Source: Oligoflexia bacterium (GTDB taxonomy: Bacteria > Bdellovibrionota > UBA1018). Taken from it: a stretch of 64,000 nucleotides of DNA. A program made the translations under genes and the position numbers. The notes beneath the pieces are model-generated. The model had not been told where the DNA came from. It made no database searches and worked only from the letters and a program-made list of their open reading frames with translations. How positions within the stretch are numbered: position 1 is the stretch's first letter; each line of letters opens with the position of its first letter. This document shows positions 29,552 through 40,022 of this stretch, in pieces. The stretch covers positions 1,043,184 through 1,107,183 of the forward strand of contig CAVWVI010000004.1 in NCBI GenBank assembly GCA_963758495.1, in the 5' to 3' direction.

Positions 29552-30109
29552 ATGAACAAAGCTGGCGTTAGTCTTTTATTTTTTTTAGTTCTGTTTTTTT
29601 CAGTCCCTGCATATTCTATTGATTATAACAAATACTTTAAATCAGGATTTGCTCTTTCAGCGGGTGCAAACGTTATCGCTTCAGAACCCGGCTATCTCCT
29701 AAGACTTACCAGTCCACATTTTATAGGAAAGGAAGTTGCTCTTCAGTTCCAATTTGGGCAGCAGCTATTTTCAGGATTTAAATCAAGTTCAGGTTCTTAT
29801 GAGGATCAGACGTATTTTCTATTAGAGCCTGCTTCTGTCATGAGATATCCGTTGCTCACTTATTTGAGGCCCTATATTTTATTGGGACTTCCCATTTACA
29901 CTGGAAAAGACGTCTCAAATGAAGGCGGCATGGGAAGTCATCTTGCCCTAGGTGCAGAATTTTTGAAAAGTCCTGATAGCAGTTTCTTATTATTTGGTGA
30001 AATGGGTTATTATCTTTTGTTTGTTGGTAAAGCGGATCAATATACTGGCAGTCCACACTTTGGACAAGGTGTTGTATTTACAATCGGAATCAAGGCATAT
30101 CTTTATTAA
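29552..30109 (+). CDS. Outer membrane beta-barrel protein
   Basis: Signal peptide, amphipathic strands, RPY..G, terminal aromatic residue. Confidence 0.7.
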   Translation: MNKAGVSLLFFLVLFFSVPAYSIDYNKYFKSGFALSAGANVIASEPGYLLRLTSPHFIGKEVALQFQFGQQLFSGFKSSSGSYEDQTYFLLEPASVMRYPLLTYLRPYILLGLPIYTGKDVSNEGGMGSHLALGAEFLKSPDSSFLLFGEMGYYLLFVGKADQYTGSPHFGQGVVFTIGIKAYLY

Positions 30110-30172
30110 GATTTAGGTCCTTAAACTAATGAGTATTGCCGTATTTTTTCTAAAAAATTAAACAAGCATAAA

Positions 30173-31633
30173 TTAAGGAAGTCCGTGGTCACCGCGATCA
30201 GGACGTCCACCCATGATAGGAGTCCCTGCTCCATCCTTAGCCAAATTTGCAAATAAAGTGTACTCAGGTAACCAAGCAAGACGAATGGTATCCGTTTCAC
30301 CGGCACGATGTTTTGCTACAATTAGCTCGGCAATTCCACGATCTTCGCTTTCTTTGTTATACACTTCGTCACGATAAATAAAACAGACCATGTCTGCATC
30401 CTGCTCAATGGCGCCCGATTCTCTCAAATCCGAAAGCATAGGTCGTTTATTAGGACGACTCTCTACACCTCGATTGAGCTGTGAAAGTGCAATGATAGGC
30501 ACTTTAAGTTCCTTCGCAAGGCTTTTTAGATTTCGACTGATTTCCGAAATTTCTCGTTCACGACTCCCATCGCCTTTTTGCGAATTTCGAGAGCCTTTCA
30601 TGAGCTGTAAATAGTCGACAACAATCATATCAAGCCGCTTTTCCACCGACTGAAGTCGTCGACAACGGGCGCGAATATCCATGACTGTTAAATCACCTGA
30701 ATCATCTATAAAAATTTTAGATTTTGAGAGTTGATCTGCAGACTGAGCAAGGCGAGGCCAATCACGGTCCGCTAATCGCCCTATTTTTAATTTTTTCGCA
30801 TCGATACGGGTCATTCCAGAGAGGAAACGAAAACCCAATTCCTCTTTTGACATTTCGAGTGAAAAGATAGCTACAACTGCTTTTTCAGTATGAGCAATGT
30901 TTTGAGCCATTGATAAAAACAAACTGGTCTTCCCCATCGCGGGTCTGGCTGCAATAATAATTAATTGACCTGCGCGCAAACCACTCGTGAGGCGATCAAA
31001 ATCATGAAAGCCTGTCGACAGGCCTATCACATCAGCTCGCTTTTGAGAGAGCTCCTCAATCGTATGCATGTTCTGAACTAGAATCTGCTGCATACTTGAA
31101 AAAGATTTTGTTAATTTTGCATCTGAAACTGCAAAGACTCTGCTCTCTGCTTCATCTAGATAGGACTCAGTATCTTCGACACCTTCGTAAGCTTCTGAAG
31201 CAATTTCAGCAGTAATTTGAATCATTCTTCTGAGAAGCGCCTTATCCCGAATAATTCGAGCATAGTACGTGACGTTTCCAACTGCGAATGTATCATCAAA
31301 AAGACTTGTGAGAGTAGAGGTGCCCCCTACTTGCTCAAATGAGCCTCGATCTCGTAAGGCTGCCGTCAAAGTCACAAGATCAACAGGTTCACCCCGTTCT
31401 GAAAGACTTAAGGCTATTTCAAAGATTTTTTGATGTGAAGCTTTATAGAAATCTCGGGCCTCTAATCCAATCTCTAGAACCCTATGGACCGATTCATTAT
31501 TAAGAAGAATGGCTCCTAAAACAGATCGTTCCGCCTCTGTGTTGTGCGGAGGAACCCTTCCTGTGGCTCCTCGATCTGTAGAGGTAGAGGACTTTTCCTT
31601 AGGCTCTTCCTTGAAGCCATTTTCTCCAAACAT
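30173..31633 (-). CDS. dnaB: Replicative DNA helicase
   Basis: AARPAMGKT, FSLEM, VDYLQL, LSQLNR, SDLRESGAIEQDAD. Confidence 0.98.
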   Translation of the reverse strand: MFGENGFKEEPKEKSSTSTDRGATGRVPPHNTEAERSVLGAILLNNESVHRVLEIGLEARDFYKASHQKIFEIALSLSERGEPVDLVTLTAALRDRGSFEQVGGTSTLTSLFDDTFAVGNVTYYARIIRDKALLRRMIQITAEIASEAYEGVEDTESYLDEAESRVFAVSDAKLTKSFSSMQQILVQNMHTIEELSQKRADVIGLSTGFHDFDRLTSGLRAGQLIIIAARPAMGKTSLFLSMAQNIAHTEKAVVAIFSLEMSKEELGFRFLSGMTRIDAKKLKIGRLADRDWPRLAQSADQLSKSKIFIDDSGDLTVMDIRARCRRLQSVEKRLDMIVVDYLQLMKGSRNSQKGDGSREREISEISRNLKSLAKELKVPIIALSQLNRGVESRPNKRPMLSDLRESGAIEQDADMVCFIYRDEVYNKESEDRGIAELIVAKHRAGETDTIRLAWLPEYTLFANLAKDGAGTPIMGGRPDRGDHGLP

Positions 31634-31641
31634 TGACCTCT

Positions 31642-32088
31642 CTATGCCTCTTTAGCAACCCATACTTTCAAGGTCGCTGTGACATCGGACTCTAACTTTA
31701 AAGTCACGGAATGCACACCTAGAGACTTAATAGGGACATTTAATAAAATAGAGCGCTTATCGATTTTGAAACCAGCTGCTTTTAAAGCGTCTGCAATATC
31801 GCCTGAAGTGACAGAACCGAAAAGTCTATCTTGTTCACCCACTTTACGACTTAAAGTGCATGAGAATTGCTCAAGTTTATTAGCTAATTCTTGTGCAGTT
31901 GCTCTCTGAGCAAGTCTCTTCTTTTCAAGTAATTTTTTATGATGCTCAATTGTTGCAATGTTATTTTCATCTGCTGCAACCACTAAGTTTCTAGGAAGCA
32001 AGAAATTTCTTGCATATCCATCAGACACTTTGACTACATCTCCCGTAGTACCTAAATTCTCTACATTTTCACGTAAAATGACCAACAT
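31642..32088 (-). CDS. rplI: 50S ribosomal protein L9
   Basis: LG..GDVVKV.DGYARNFLLP, LFGSVT. Confidence 0.98.
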   Translation of the reverse strand: MLVILRENVENLGTTGDVVKVSDGYARNFLLPRNLVVAADENNIATIEHHKKLLEKKRLAQRATAQELANKLEQFSCTLSRKVGEQDRLFGSVTSGDIADALKAAGFKIDKRSILLNVPIKSLGVHSVTLKLESDVTATLKVWVAKEA

Positions 32089-32121
32089 GGTTCACTCCTT
32101 CAATATATAAAACAGAAAATA

Positions 32122-33168
32122 TTACGATTGCCTTAACTTGCTTCGAAAGTCAAACCAGAGGTCAAAGAACCCCAAACTCAAAACAAGAGGCATCATTAAA
32201 ATCAAAACCACAGAAAATCCGATCAAACGAAAAAGTCCTCGAATATTCCATACTTCAAAAAAGAAACTCAAGATACTCAAACCTTGAATTGCATAAATAG
32301 CCATTAAAAACTTAAACACATTCAATGCAACATGAGACACAATTCCCAAATCAACTACAAGGAAAAAACCCGTAATAATGGTTGGCCAAACAAGATAAAA
32401 TGGTGTTTTCCATTTTCTAAAGTACCCAGCATCCAGGCCTAAACTTTCCCGAACACCCTTTGGGTTTATCTTTAATAGAAGAACCAGATTTGACCAAACC
32501 AATATCAGTGAAAAATTAGCCAAAGCAGAAGGAAATTCCAAAAAAAGACTTCGCTTCCACTCATCTATATCACTCGGGTTAATCAAAGCAGATGAACTTG
32601 TCGAGGTAGAAACCGACTGAACAAGGTAATCTACAAAACTTGCTACTTGAGTCCGAAGCTCATGAATTGGATTCAAATGATGAAGTCCAAAATAAGCCGC
32701 TACAATAGTACTGGCGAGGATACCCATAACCAGTAAAGTGAACATGACCTGCTTTTCCAAAGACTTCTTAAATCGAATCAGCTCTGAAAGAGTCAGTGCA
32801 AGAGTCACAATAAAAATGAGATAATAGGCTAAAAGACTAAAACTACCACCGACAAGACCTACAATAAGTCCGTTAGTAGCAGCAGCAAACCAAGCCCATA
32901 TTCTCCCTTTGCGAATATGAATAAATAACAATGGCAGCGGCGCAAAAAGAACAAAAATAACACTCAGGAAAAAAAATGCGCTAAGAAAAAATGGCCCTAC
33001 ACCGCTCCACCAAGGAGTACGCGCAGGAACATTTGGCTTCTGAATAGGATCTTTTAGCCTGGGTTCAGTAGTTATGGAACCAGGATTCAGCCCTTCGGCT
33101 GAATCCGATTTCACTTCTTGCTCCTGAGGTTGAACCAAGTCTTTAGAACTAGGTACCCATTGAGACAT
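32122..33168 (-). CDS. DUF2232/YybS membrane protein
   Basis: Multi-[17 protein letters not shown]; conserved position between rpsR and rplI. Confidence 0.85.
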   Translation of the reverse strand: MSQWVPSSKDLVQPQEQEVKSDSAEGLNPGSITTEPRLKDPIQKPNVPARTPWWSGVGPFFLSAFFFLSVIFVLFAPLPLLFIHIRKGRIWAWFAAATNGLIVGLVGGSFSLLAYYLIFIVTLALTLSELIRFKKSLEKQVMFTLLVMGILASTIVAAYFGLHHLNPIHELRTQVASFVDYLVQSVSTSTSSSALINPSDIDEWKRSLFLEFPSALANFSLILVWSNLVLLLKINPKGVRESLGLDAGYFRKWKTPFYLVWPTIITGFFLVVDLGIVSHVALNVFKFLMAIYAIQGLSILSFFFEVWNIRGLFRLIGFSVVLILMMPLVLSLGFFDLWFDFRSKLRQS

Positions 33169-33490
33169 AGCCTACCAAGGCCAAATTTCTGGCCCGTTTT
33201 ACTGCTGTAGTAAGATGACGTTGATGAAGAGCACAATTGCCTGATATACGACGAGGCACGATTTTTCCGTGCTCAGTAACAAACGATTGCATCATACGTA
33301 CATCTTTATAATCTAATATAAAGTCTTGATCTGAACAAAAGCGACAAACTTTTTTCCGATGGAATCCACCACCACGACGTCCACGATCATCACCGTCTTT
33401 TTCCATACGATCATCCCGATTCGAGCGATCATCGCGATTGGAACGATCATTTCTATCACGCATATCTGATTTTAAATTTGTTATGGCCAT
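33149..33490 (-). CDS. rpsR: 30S ribosomal protein S18 (Zn-binding type, N-terminal extension)
   Basis: [26 protein letters not shown]. Confidence 0.97.
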   Translation of the reverse strand: MAITNLKSDMRDRNDRSNRDDRSNRDDRMEKDGDDRGRRGGGFHRKKVCRFCSDQDFILDYKDVRMMQSFVTEHGKIVPRRISGNCALHQRHLTTAVKRARNLALVGYVSMGT

Positions 33491-33516
33491 GATTTTCTCC
33501 TTAATATCCCTAAAGA

Positions 33517-34029
33517 CTATTCTTCTTCGCCTTCAATGACACCAGCTGAAACGTCTTCAATGTCTTCAACATCATGACGTCGATAATCTCCACGATCATC
33601 GCCATAGCCGCGACGTTCTGCATTCCGTTCTTCTCTACGCGCTTCACGCTCTTCTTCTCTTCGTTTAGCTGCAGCATGAATATCAGACCGTTGCTTCTTA
33701 AAAGCCGTACCATCAAATTCTTTTTCTAAATTTACGGTTAAAAAGCGAAGAACATGTTCATGGAGACGAAGATTACGCTCCATCTCATGAACCACATCTC
33801 CGGTACCTGTATAAACGACATAAGTGTAATGTCCACGGGACTCTTTTTGGATTGGATAAGCCATTTTTCGCTTACCCCAATCTTCAGTTAAAACTACTTC
33901 GCCTTTAAAAGACGCTACTACTTGCACTAAACGCTCTTGAAGTGTTTTCAGTCCTTCGTCAGAAAGTTCTGAACGAGTAATAAATGTTGTTTCATAACCT
34001 GAACGAATCTCAGAAGCTCGCTTTGTCAT
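33517..34029 (-). CDS. rpsF: 30S ribosomal protein S6
   Basis: [23 protein letters not shown]; probable start 34029 after GGAGG. Confidence 0.96.
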   Translation of the reverse strand: MTKRASEIRSGYETTFITRSELSDEGLKTLQERLVQVVASFKGEVVLTEDWGKRKMAYPIQKESRGHYTYVVYTGTGDVVHEMERNLRLHEHVLRFLTVNLEKEFDGTAFKKQRSDIHAAAKRREEEREARREERNAERRGYGDDRGDYRRHDVEDIEDVSAGVIEGEEE

Positions 34030-34160
34030 ATCAATTCCTCCTTGTGAATAATGGACAGAGTCCAAAAGCCCGAGTTGTTTATTTTTTTGGGTCGTCTCGA
34101 GCAAGGTTTCGAGTCTATTAGCATAGCCACGACCAATAACCAATGGAATTATCCATACCC

Positions 34161-34937
34161 TTACGGCCGTGAGCGCCCTTCCAGAGGATGACTCGGTGGC
34201 TTTGTGTCCTGATCATTTTGCTGAGCAGCCTTACGCTTTGATCCAATCATATGAACTACCCAGATCGCTCCTTCATACATTAAAATGAGAGGAGCTCCTA
34301 AAATTAACATGGACATAGCGTCGGGTGGTGCAAAGAGTGCCGCAAGAACCGTAATCCCTAAAATCGCCGTCCGACGATGCTCACGCAAAAATGTCGCATC
34401 TATAACACCCAGAAACCCTAGCGAGCAAATGACTACAGGAAGCTCAAAAGCTAAACCAAACAACAATAAGAGCTTAAGACAAGTACTATAGTAAGAGTCG
34501 ATAGTAAGAAGTGGAATATCTGTGGGGGCACCATAAGTTACAAAATATTTAAATCCTACCGGGAACAAAATGAAATAAGCGAAACTTGCACCACCCAAAA
34601 AGAAAACGGTAGTCGCTATCACAAATGGCAGAACCAATTTCCTTTCCTTAGGGTACAAACCTGGAGCTATAAATGCCCATAATTGGTAAAAATAATAAGG
34701 AGATAGAAAGAAAAGAGCTGCATATCCACCCACTTTAAGATGGGTCATGAAATTCTCAAAAAGACTCGTAAAATAGAGCTTCCTATTTTCAGGAGGCATG
34801 GCATTGAATAAAGGTTTTCGTAGCACCTCTAAGATAGGGTCAGCAAAAAAGTAAAATACGACGAATCCAACGAAGAAAACAGCCAAACACTTCATCAAGC
34901 GCGAGCGCAATTCTTCAAGATGATCGTAGAAGCTCAT
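34161..34937 (-). CDS. tatC: Twin-arginine translocase subunit TatC
   Basis: MSF.DHLEELR.RL, FIAPGLYPKE, AFELP, PPD. Confidence 0.95.
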   Translation of the reverse strand: MSFYDHLEELRSRLMKCLAVFFVGFVVFYFFADPILEVLRKPLFNAMPPENRKLYFTSLFENFMTHLKVGGYAALFFLSPYYFYQLWAFIAPGLYPKERKLVLPFVIATTVFFLGGASFAYFILFPVGFKYFVTYGAPTDIPLLTIDSYYSTCLKLLLLFGLAFELPVVICSLGFLGVIDATFLREHRRTAILGITVLAALFAPPDAMSMLILGAPLILMYEGAIWVVHMIGSKRKAAQQNDQDTKPPSHPLEGRSRP

Positions 34938-35010
34938 ATTTCGTATCGATTTTTGTTGTAGCATGATGTGTTGAGGGTAATATTTGCTCACTCGAAGGAG
35001 ATGTCAACCT

Positions 35011-35700
35011 ATGCGTTCATGGCTTCTCGTTATTTTTGGCGCTATTTTGTCGATTTTAATTATTTCTGCCTTTATTTACAGTCAAATGGTTTATGTACAC
35101 CCCCTAAAAGAGAATATGAACCCGCCTCTGGCTTTAGAAACCCTCTCTACAGCCCTTCCAAGCCCCGCGACTCTTCCTTCAAACACGACCTCTGAACTTT
35201 TACCTGATTTGTCACCTGATTTGTCACCTGATTTGTCACCTGACCTGTCAATCGACCCAAGAAACGGGCTTTCAAAGACAACCGTCGTAATTACCACCGA
35301 TGTGGGAGTTATAAAGTTTAAGTTTTTCACCCTTGAGGCTCCTAAAACATCTCATAAAATCGCTGAATTAATTAACAGAGGATTTTATAATGGACTCACT
35401 TTCCACCGTGTAGTACCGGGCTTTGTCATTCAAGGCGGAGACCCGAGCGGAAATGGCAGTGGAGGAAGTGGGCAAAAGATAGATGCTGAATTCAATCAGC
35501 ATAGGCATGTTGAAGGCACCGTTGCCATGGCTCGGGCGGCAGACGATTTAAATTCGGCCGATTCTCAATTCTATATCACTTTAGGAACTTTCCCAGCCTT
35601 GGACCACAAATACACAGTTTTCGGACAAGTCATAGAAGGCATGGATGTCGCAAAAAAGATTAAAGCAGGCGACAAAATGGTCACTCTAAAAATGGAATAA
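35011..35700 (+). CDS. Membrane-anchored cyclophilin-type peptidyl-prolyl isomerase
   Basis: FYNGLTFHRVVPGFVIQGGDP, VAMAR, SQFYI, YTVFGQV. Confidence 0.93.
   Translation: MRSWLLVIFGAILSILIISAFIYSQMVYVHPLKENMNPPLALETLSTALPSPATLPSNTTSELLPDLSPDLSPDLSPDLSIDPRNGLSKTTVVITTDVGVIKFKFFTLEAPKTSHKIAELINRGFYNGLTFHRVVPGFVIQGGDPSGNGSGGSGQKIDAEFNQHRHVEGTVAMARAADDLNSADSQFYITLGTFPALDHKYTVFGQVIEGMDVAKKIKAGDKMVTLKME
35203..35250. repeat. 12-bp in-frame tandem repeat (CCTGATTTGTCA)x3 plus one variant, encoding PDLS
   Basis: Read directly. Confidence 0.9.
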
Positions 35701-35803
35701 AAGTAGTTCCTTTAAGCCTGTTAACAAGCACAGCGAGGAGTCCTGTTCGCCGTAAAGATTTGAATTCCCGGCGGCGCAACAGGACTCCTCCTTGCTGTGC
35801 TTA
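35701..35803. repeat. Intergenic hairpin repeat (REP/MITE-like), copy 1
   Basis: AAGCACAGCGAGGAGTCCTGTT...AACAGGACTCCTCCTTGCTGTGCTT; homologous to the copies at 39564 and 48551. Confidence 0.88.
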
Positions 35804-35806
35804 CAG

Positions 35807-36418
35807 TTAATGCCAATCTTTCTTAAATTGCTTGTTGGGTAGAATTCCTACTTCCTGGAGGGCTTTAGCCGCACGTTCACTCCGAGTCCTAATCCAGACC
35901 TCATACATCCGTAAAATATCTTTTTCACTCCGTTGAGCTGTTTTGTCGCTGACTTCAGCTAAAACCTCAACTAGAGCTCCAAATTTTTCGGAGAGCTCAC
36001 AGTACAACATTTTCATCATTTCTAACTCAGCCCTTGCCGCTACCTGACGATAGGCCGTACCACCCATATCGATGTAGTAATCGACATCGACTAATTTTCG
36101 ATTCAAACTATCCTGAAAGTACCCAGCCATATAAAGAGAGACATCTCCAATGTGTCGAAACATGACGCTTTGGGTATGAGTTTGGGGCTGCTCGAGAGCC
36201 TCCTTCACCAAAATTGCTAAAGGCTCATCCCGAGCCTCTCCTTGAGGATTTCTTGTATAGAGACGATCAGTCGTCATAAACTGATTCAATAGATTAACTA
36301 AATAGAACTCCGTTTCTGGCTGTGTAGAAACCTTTTGCTTCCCTAGAGCTTCTGTCACTAGCTCCCTGAAATAGTCTTGTGGTTGTGAAACGAGAGTTAA
36401 GTTCGACTTGTCTGTCAT
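35807..36418 (-). CDS. Conserved hypothetical protein
   Basis: R.IGDVSL...GYF..S..RKLVD.DYYIDMGG.AY pattern; RBS GGAGG. Confidence 0.75.
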   Translation of the reverse strand: MTDKSNLTLVSQPQDYFRELVTEALGKQKVSTQPETEFYLVNLLNQFMTTDRLYTRNPQGEARDEPLAILVKEALEQPQTHTQSVMFRHIGDVSLYMAGYFQDSLNRKLVDVDYYIDMGGTAYRQVAARAELEMMKMLYCELSEKFGALVEVLAEVSDKTAQRSEKDILRMYEVWIRTRSERAAKALQEVGILPNKQFKKDWH

Positions 36419-36514
36419 GTAACTTTAAACCTCCTCAAATATGCTTCATACAAAATCTTTGCCTAAAAAAGGATACAGTTTTAATCACCTATTATACAAG
36501 CACTACTCTTATCT

Positions 36515-36542
36515 ATTCTAACCCTATCTTTTCTAGTGTCAA
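36515..36542 (-). promoter_or_regulatory. Sigma70-like promoter TTGACA-16-TAGAAT
   Basis: Near-consensus hexamers ~100 bp upstream of the 36418 start. Confidence 0.55.
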
Positions 36543-36599
36543 ATAAGGGGATGTCGTGGACGACACGGAAGAATATGAGTAGACTCAGACTGCTTAACT

Positions 36600-37241
36600 A
36601 TGAACTCATTTAAAGCCGCCTGCCAAATTCACCTTCTTTTAACTGTATTGATTTGCATGAGTGCATCTTCGTGGGCCCGAAATGCACTACCGGCAAAAGC
36701 CGCAACAGAAACTGAAATTCACGTTACACTTCTGGATCGTCCTTGCTTGCTAAAAGGCCCCTTCGATGAAATTACACTCAAAGCTATTCATGCCATTGGT
36801 CCCGATCAAATTCCGAATATTTTCTATCCAGTTCCACAACATTCTAAAGAGCAAATTAAAAATGCTCTGGAGAAGATTCGTAGTAGTAAGAATTTATCTT
36901 CACTCTTAGATCATGACTCAATTCTAGATCGATACCGAGACAAGCAAAGAAAAAGACTCGAGGCAGAGATTGCATTATTAGAGGGCCTTGAAACTCAGCA
37001 AAAGACTCATACATCAGCTTTGTTATTAGCTGCAGGAAACCAATTTCTAAGTGGACCAGAACACCAAAACTTCATAAATGCTGTAAAAAAATTAGATGGC
37101 AACAAAAAATCTGCCCAAAATCAAAAACTTGTTGAACAGATTTTTAACATTTACGACGATGGGATCGAGCGCGACCCAGAAGAAGAATTTCATCGCGCTA
37201 TTAAAAAAATGAAAGTTGAATATACCTGCTCATTTGAATAA
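36600..37241 (+). CDS. Secreted hypothetical protein
   Basis: Signal peptide, helical content. Confidence 0.65.
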   Translation: MNSFKAACQIHLLLTVLICMSASSWARNALPAKAATETEIHVTLLDRPCLLKGPFDEITLKAIHAIGPDQIPNIFYPVPQHSKEQIKNALEKIRSSKNLSSLLDHDSILDRYRDKQRKRLEAEIALLEGLETQQKTHTSALLLAAGNQFLSGPEHQNFINAVKKLDGNKKSAQNQKLVEQIFNIYDDGIERDPEEEFHRAIKKMKVEYTCSFE

Positions 37242-37246
37242 AACTT

Positions 37247-38218
37247 TTAACCTCTCACCATCTCCAGTATGGCATTTCGAATTCCATTCGCACTGATTCC
37301 ATAGTGCTCATAAAGATCCTCAGGATAACCTACTATTGCCCATTGATCTTGAATTCCTAATCTACGAAATGGCGTTTTTAATCCTTCCTCAGCCAAAACC
37401 TCTGCAACTGCTGACCCTAAACCACCGATAATTGAATGCTCTTCCACTGTAATAATTCCACCCGTCTCTTTTGCCGCCGCGATAATGACGTTTCTATCTA
37501 AGGGTTTAATGGTGTGCATATCCACTAACCGCACTCCGATTTTTTCATCTAATTGCAAAAATTCCGCAGCTTCTTTACCCCCTTCAACACCCACCCCACA
37601 AGCGATGACGGTCACGTCTTTTCCTTCATGAAGGATATTTGCTTTCCCTATTTTAAATTCAAACTGGTCATTCTCATAAGCCGGAAACTCAAATCCTCTT
37701 CCCAAGCGAATATAAGCGGGGCCTTTAAAGTCAACGAGTGCTCTCACCACTTGTGCTGTCTCAAAACTATCTGCCGGCACAAGGACAGTCATGTTTGGAA
37801 AAGTTCGCATAATAGCGATATCCTCTAAACAATGATGTGTTGTCCCTGCTTGACCAAAAGAAAGTCCCGAATGAGTTGCCATGATCTTCACGTTAGTTTC
37901 CTGATAACAAATATCGGTTCGAACTTGCTCACAAGCTCTCATTGCAGCAAAAGCACCAAAAGTAGCAACAAAGGGATGCTTACCCCCCAATGACATTCCA
38001 GCCGCAACTGTCATGAGTGTTTGTTCCATGATACCAAAATTAAAATAACGATCAGGATAAGTCTGAACAAATTCTTTCATTTTAGTGGATTTCACAAGAT
38101 CAGCAGTCAAAAAAACAATCTCAGGTCTTGTTTGAGCAAGTTGAGTCAGCACTTTGCCATAAATCTCAGCTTGAGTCAGTTCATCCAGGGTATCCACATT
38201 CCAAGTGAGTCCTTCCAT
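37247..38218 (-). CDS. Transketolase C-terminal subunit (split type)
   Basis: ADL..S, GI.EQ, RACEQVR, THH..ED, YIRL.R, TVEEH...GGLGSAVAE. Confidence 0.92.
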   Translation of the reverse strand: MEGLTWNVDTLDELTQAEIYGKVLTQLAQTRPEIVFLTADLVKSTKMKEFVQTYPDRYFNFGIMEQTLMTVAAGMSLGGKHPFVATFGAFAAMRACEQVRTDICYQETNVKIMATHSGLSFGQAGTTHHCLEDIAIMRTFPNMTVLVPADSFETAQVVRALVDFKGPAYIRLGRGFEFPAYENDQFEFKIGKANILHEGKDVTVIACGVGVEGGKEAAEFLQLDEKIGVRLVDMHTIKPLDRNVIIAAAKETGGIITVEEHSIIGGLGSAVAEVLAEEGLKTPFRRLGIQDQWAIVGYPEDLYEHYGISANGIRNAILEMVRG

Positions 38219-38220
38219 AC

Positions 38221-39114
38221 TTAACTCCTCTTTAGCTTCCCTAACTGTTGATAAGCTCGGATTGTACTTTCATAATTCTGATCAAGATCAGCGAGGGCCT
38301 TTTTTTCTAACTCTGTATCCAAACCCCCATAATGCCAAGTCACAGAGTTCTCCATCCAAGGAATTCCCTTTCCTTTGATGGTATTCATCAAAATAGCTGT
38401 GGGCTTACCTGCCTGAGGGTCTGGCAGTGTATAGAGACTTTCTAATATCTCAGTCATCTGATGCCCATCTATTTCCGTGACCTTCCAACCAAAAGCTTCC
38501 AATTTTGCTCGTAAAGGTGAAAGCTCCATAATCTCCGAAATGGGGCCGTCCTGACTCATCTTATTATAATCAATAAGAGCTACTAAATTTCCAACTTTGT
38601 GATGACTAGCCGCTAAAAAAGCTTCCCAGTTACTTCCTTCACATAGTTCTCCATCACTCATGAGAGTAAAAACTCTCTCCATACGTAGATCCATTTTTTT
38701 CGCCAGTGCGATACCCAAGGAGAGACCTAAACCATGCCCTAAGGAGCCGGTACTGGCTTCAACACCAACGATTTTTTTATGATCTGGATGAATTCCAAAT
38801 GGGGACCCTGTTTGGTTGAAGGTTTCCATTTCTTCGATGGGAAAGAACCCTCGATCGCCCAGTACTAAACAATATCCAACTCCCGCATGTCCCTTAGAAA
38901 GAATAAAGACATCCCTGTCTGGTTTTTTAGGATTTTTCGGGTCAATATTTAAATAATGATAATAAAGCGCCACTACCATTTCCATCATGGAGAAACTACC
39001 ACCTATATGAGCGCCTCCAATTTTCCCGGTCAGTTGAATTAACTTCCGCCTGAGTTCGTAAGACTTATATTCGAGCCGAGTAATAAGGTCCGGAGTAACA
39101 GATTTTTTGTTCAT
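38221..39114 (-). CDS. Transketolase N-terminal ThDP-binding subunit
   Basis: HIGG, LSKGH, STGSLGHG, SDGE..EG..WEA...D.N, TIKGKG, WH. Confidence 0.92.
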   Translation of the reverse strand: MNKKSVTPDLITRLEYKSYELRRKLIQLTGKIGGAHIGGSFSMMEMVVALYYHYLNIDPKNPKKPDRDVFILSKGHAGVGYCLVLGDRGFFPIEEMETFNQTGSPFGIHPDHKKIVGVEASTGSLGHGLGLSLGIALAKKMDLRMERVFTLMSDGELCEGSNWEAFLAASHHKVGNLVALIDYNKMSQDGPISEIMELSPLRAKLEAFGWKVTEIDGHQMTEILESLYTLPDPQAGKPTAILMNTIKGKGIPWMENSVTWHYGGLDTELEKKALADLDQNYESTIRAYQQLGKLKRS

Positions 39115-39542
39115 CGAATGACCAGATGCCCCATTCCTAATCTTTCTAAAATGACAGGATAAATCCGAAAGGAGGGACGAATAATAGGAATTAACTGCAA
39201 AGCCTTAGTAATGCTTCCTTTGGCTGAAACTTGCCTCTTAGCGAGGGCAGCAATCACATTTTCTTTTCCTTGCCAAAAGCGATTAGAAAAATCCGCTGAT
39301 TGTTTAAAGGTAACATCTGGAACTAATAGAGTCTCACCCCACGTGATCTTGGCCGAAACATCTGCATCACTTATTGAATTTTTTAGGTCGATAGTAATTT
39401 GAGCATCTGGGTCAGTATATTGAAATTGAACGATCATCTTGGCACGATCCAATTTTGGGCCAATGATTGGATGACTCAATACTTCTTTGATGAATGAATT
39501 AAATACGCTTTCGAGCTCTTTTGAATCTTTAAATAACCCCAT
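39111..39542 (-). CDS. SCP2 sterol/lipid-binding domain protein
   Basis: PDVT...SAD....FWQGK.N...AL....V.AKG.I..AL.L; probable start 39542 (the ORF-track extension lies in the repeat). Confidence 0.78.
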   Translation of the reverse strand: MGLFKDSKELESVFNSFIKEVLSHPIIGPKLDRAKMIVQFQYTDPDAQITIDLKNSISDADVSAKITWGETLLVPDVTFKQSADFSNRFWQGKENVIAALAKRQVSAKGSITKALQLIPIIRPSFRIYPVILERLGMGHLVIR

Positions 39543-39563
39543 GTTTGATGTCCTTTTTATTGT

Positions 39564-39661
39564 AAGTAGTTCCTTTAGGGCTGTTGACAAGCACTGCAAG
39601 GAGTCCTGTTGCGCCGTAAAGATTTGGATTCCCGGCGCAACAGGACTCCTTACAGTGCTTA
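39564..39661. repeat. Intergenic hairpin repeat (REP/MITE-like), copy 2
   Basis: 28-bp stem with one mismatch, 16-nt loop TAAAGATTTGGATTCC. Confidence 0.9.
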
Positions 39662-39665
39662 TGAT

Positions 39666-40022
39666 TTATTCGGGCCAAATGACTGCAGAAATCGCATCCA
39701 AGCGCATAATATCTTCCTGACTTCCCTTAACTTGCAGCTCGCCCGATAAATATTTTTGAGTTGGATTTAAATCGCCCCAAAACATGTCGCAGAAAATTTC
39801 ACTCGTAGAAGAAATAATAATATCAGCTACTTCAGCTTTTCCAATATGAGCTTCGATAATTTCACCTTCCACGACCCTCATTATAAAATCCTGTTGAGTA
39901 TCATTTGCATGAAACTGTACTACCTTGGACCAATCTCGATTCATTTTTCGCAATCGCATATTTCCATTAGAAAGTTTCGTATATTCATTCAATGCTTCCA
40001 TTACTTCATTTTGATCAGCCAT
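39666..40022 (-). CDS. SCP2 sterol/lipid-binding domain protein
   Basis: ADI.I.....F..MF.G.LNP...YLSGELQVKG...D.MRL. Confidence 0.85.
   Translation of the reverse strand: MADQNEVMEALNEYTKLSNGNMRLRKMNRDWSKVVQFHANDTQQDFIMRVVEGEIIEAHIGKAEVADIIISSTSEIFCDMFWGDLNPTQKYLSGELQVKGSQEDIMRLDAISAVIWPE

Noticed and set aside
34030..34110. S6:S18 ribosomal leader RNA
   Set aside because: Plausible by position, but I could not identify the motif confidently
34937..35011. Head-to-head overlap of tatC and the cyclophilin gene
   Set aside because: Disappears with the more plausible starts at 34937 and 35011
39543..39599. N-terminal extension of the SCP2 ORF
   Set aside because: Derived partly from the hairpin repeat; a better RBS and ATG lie at 39542
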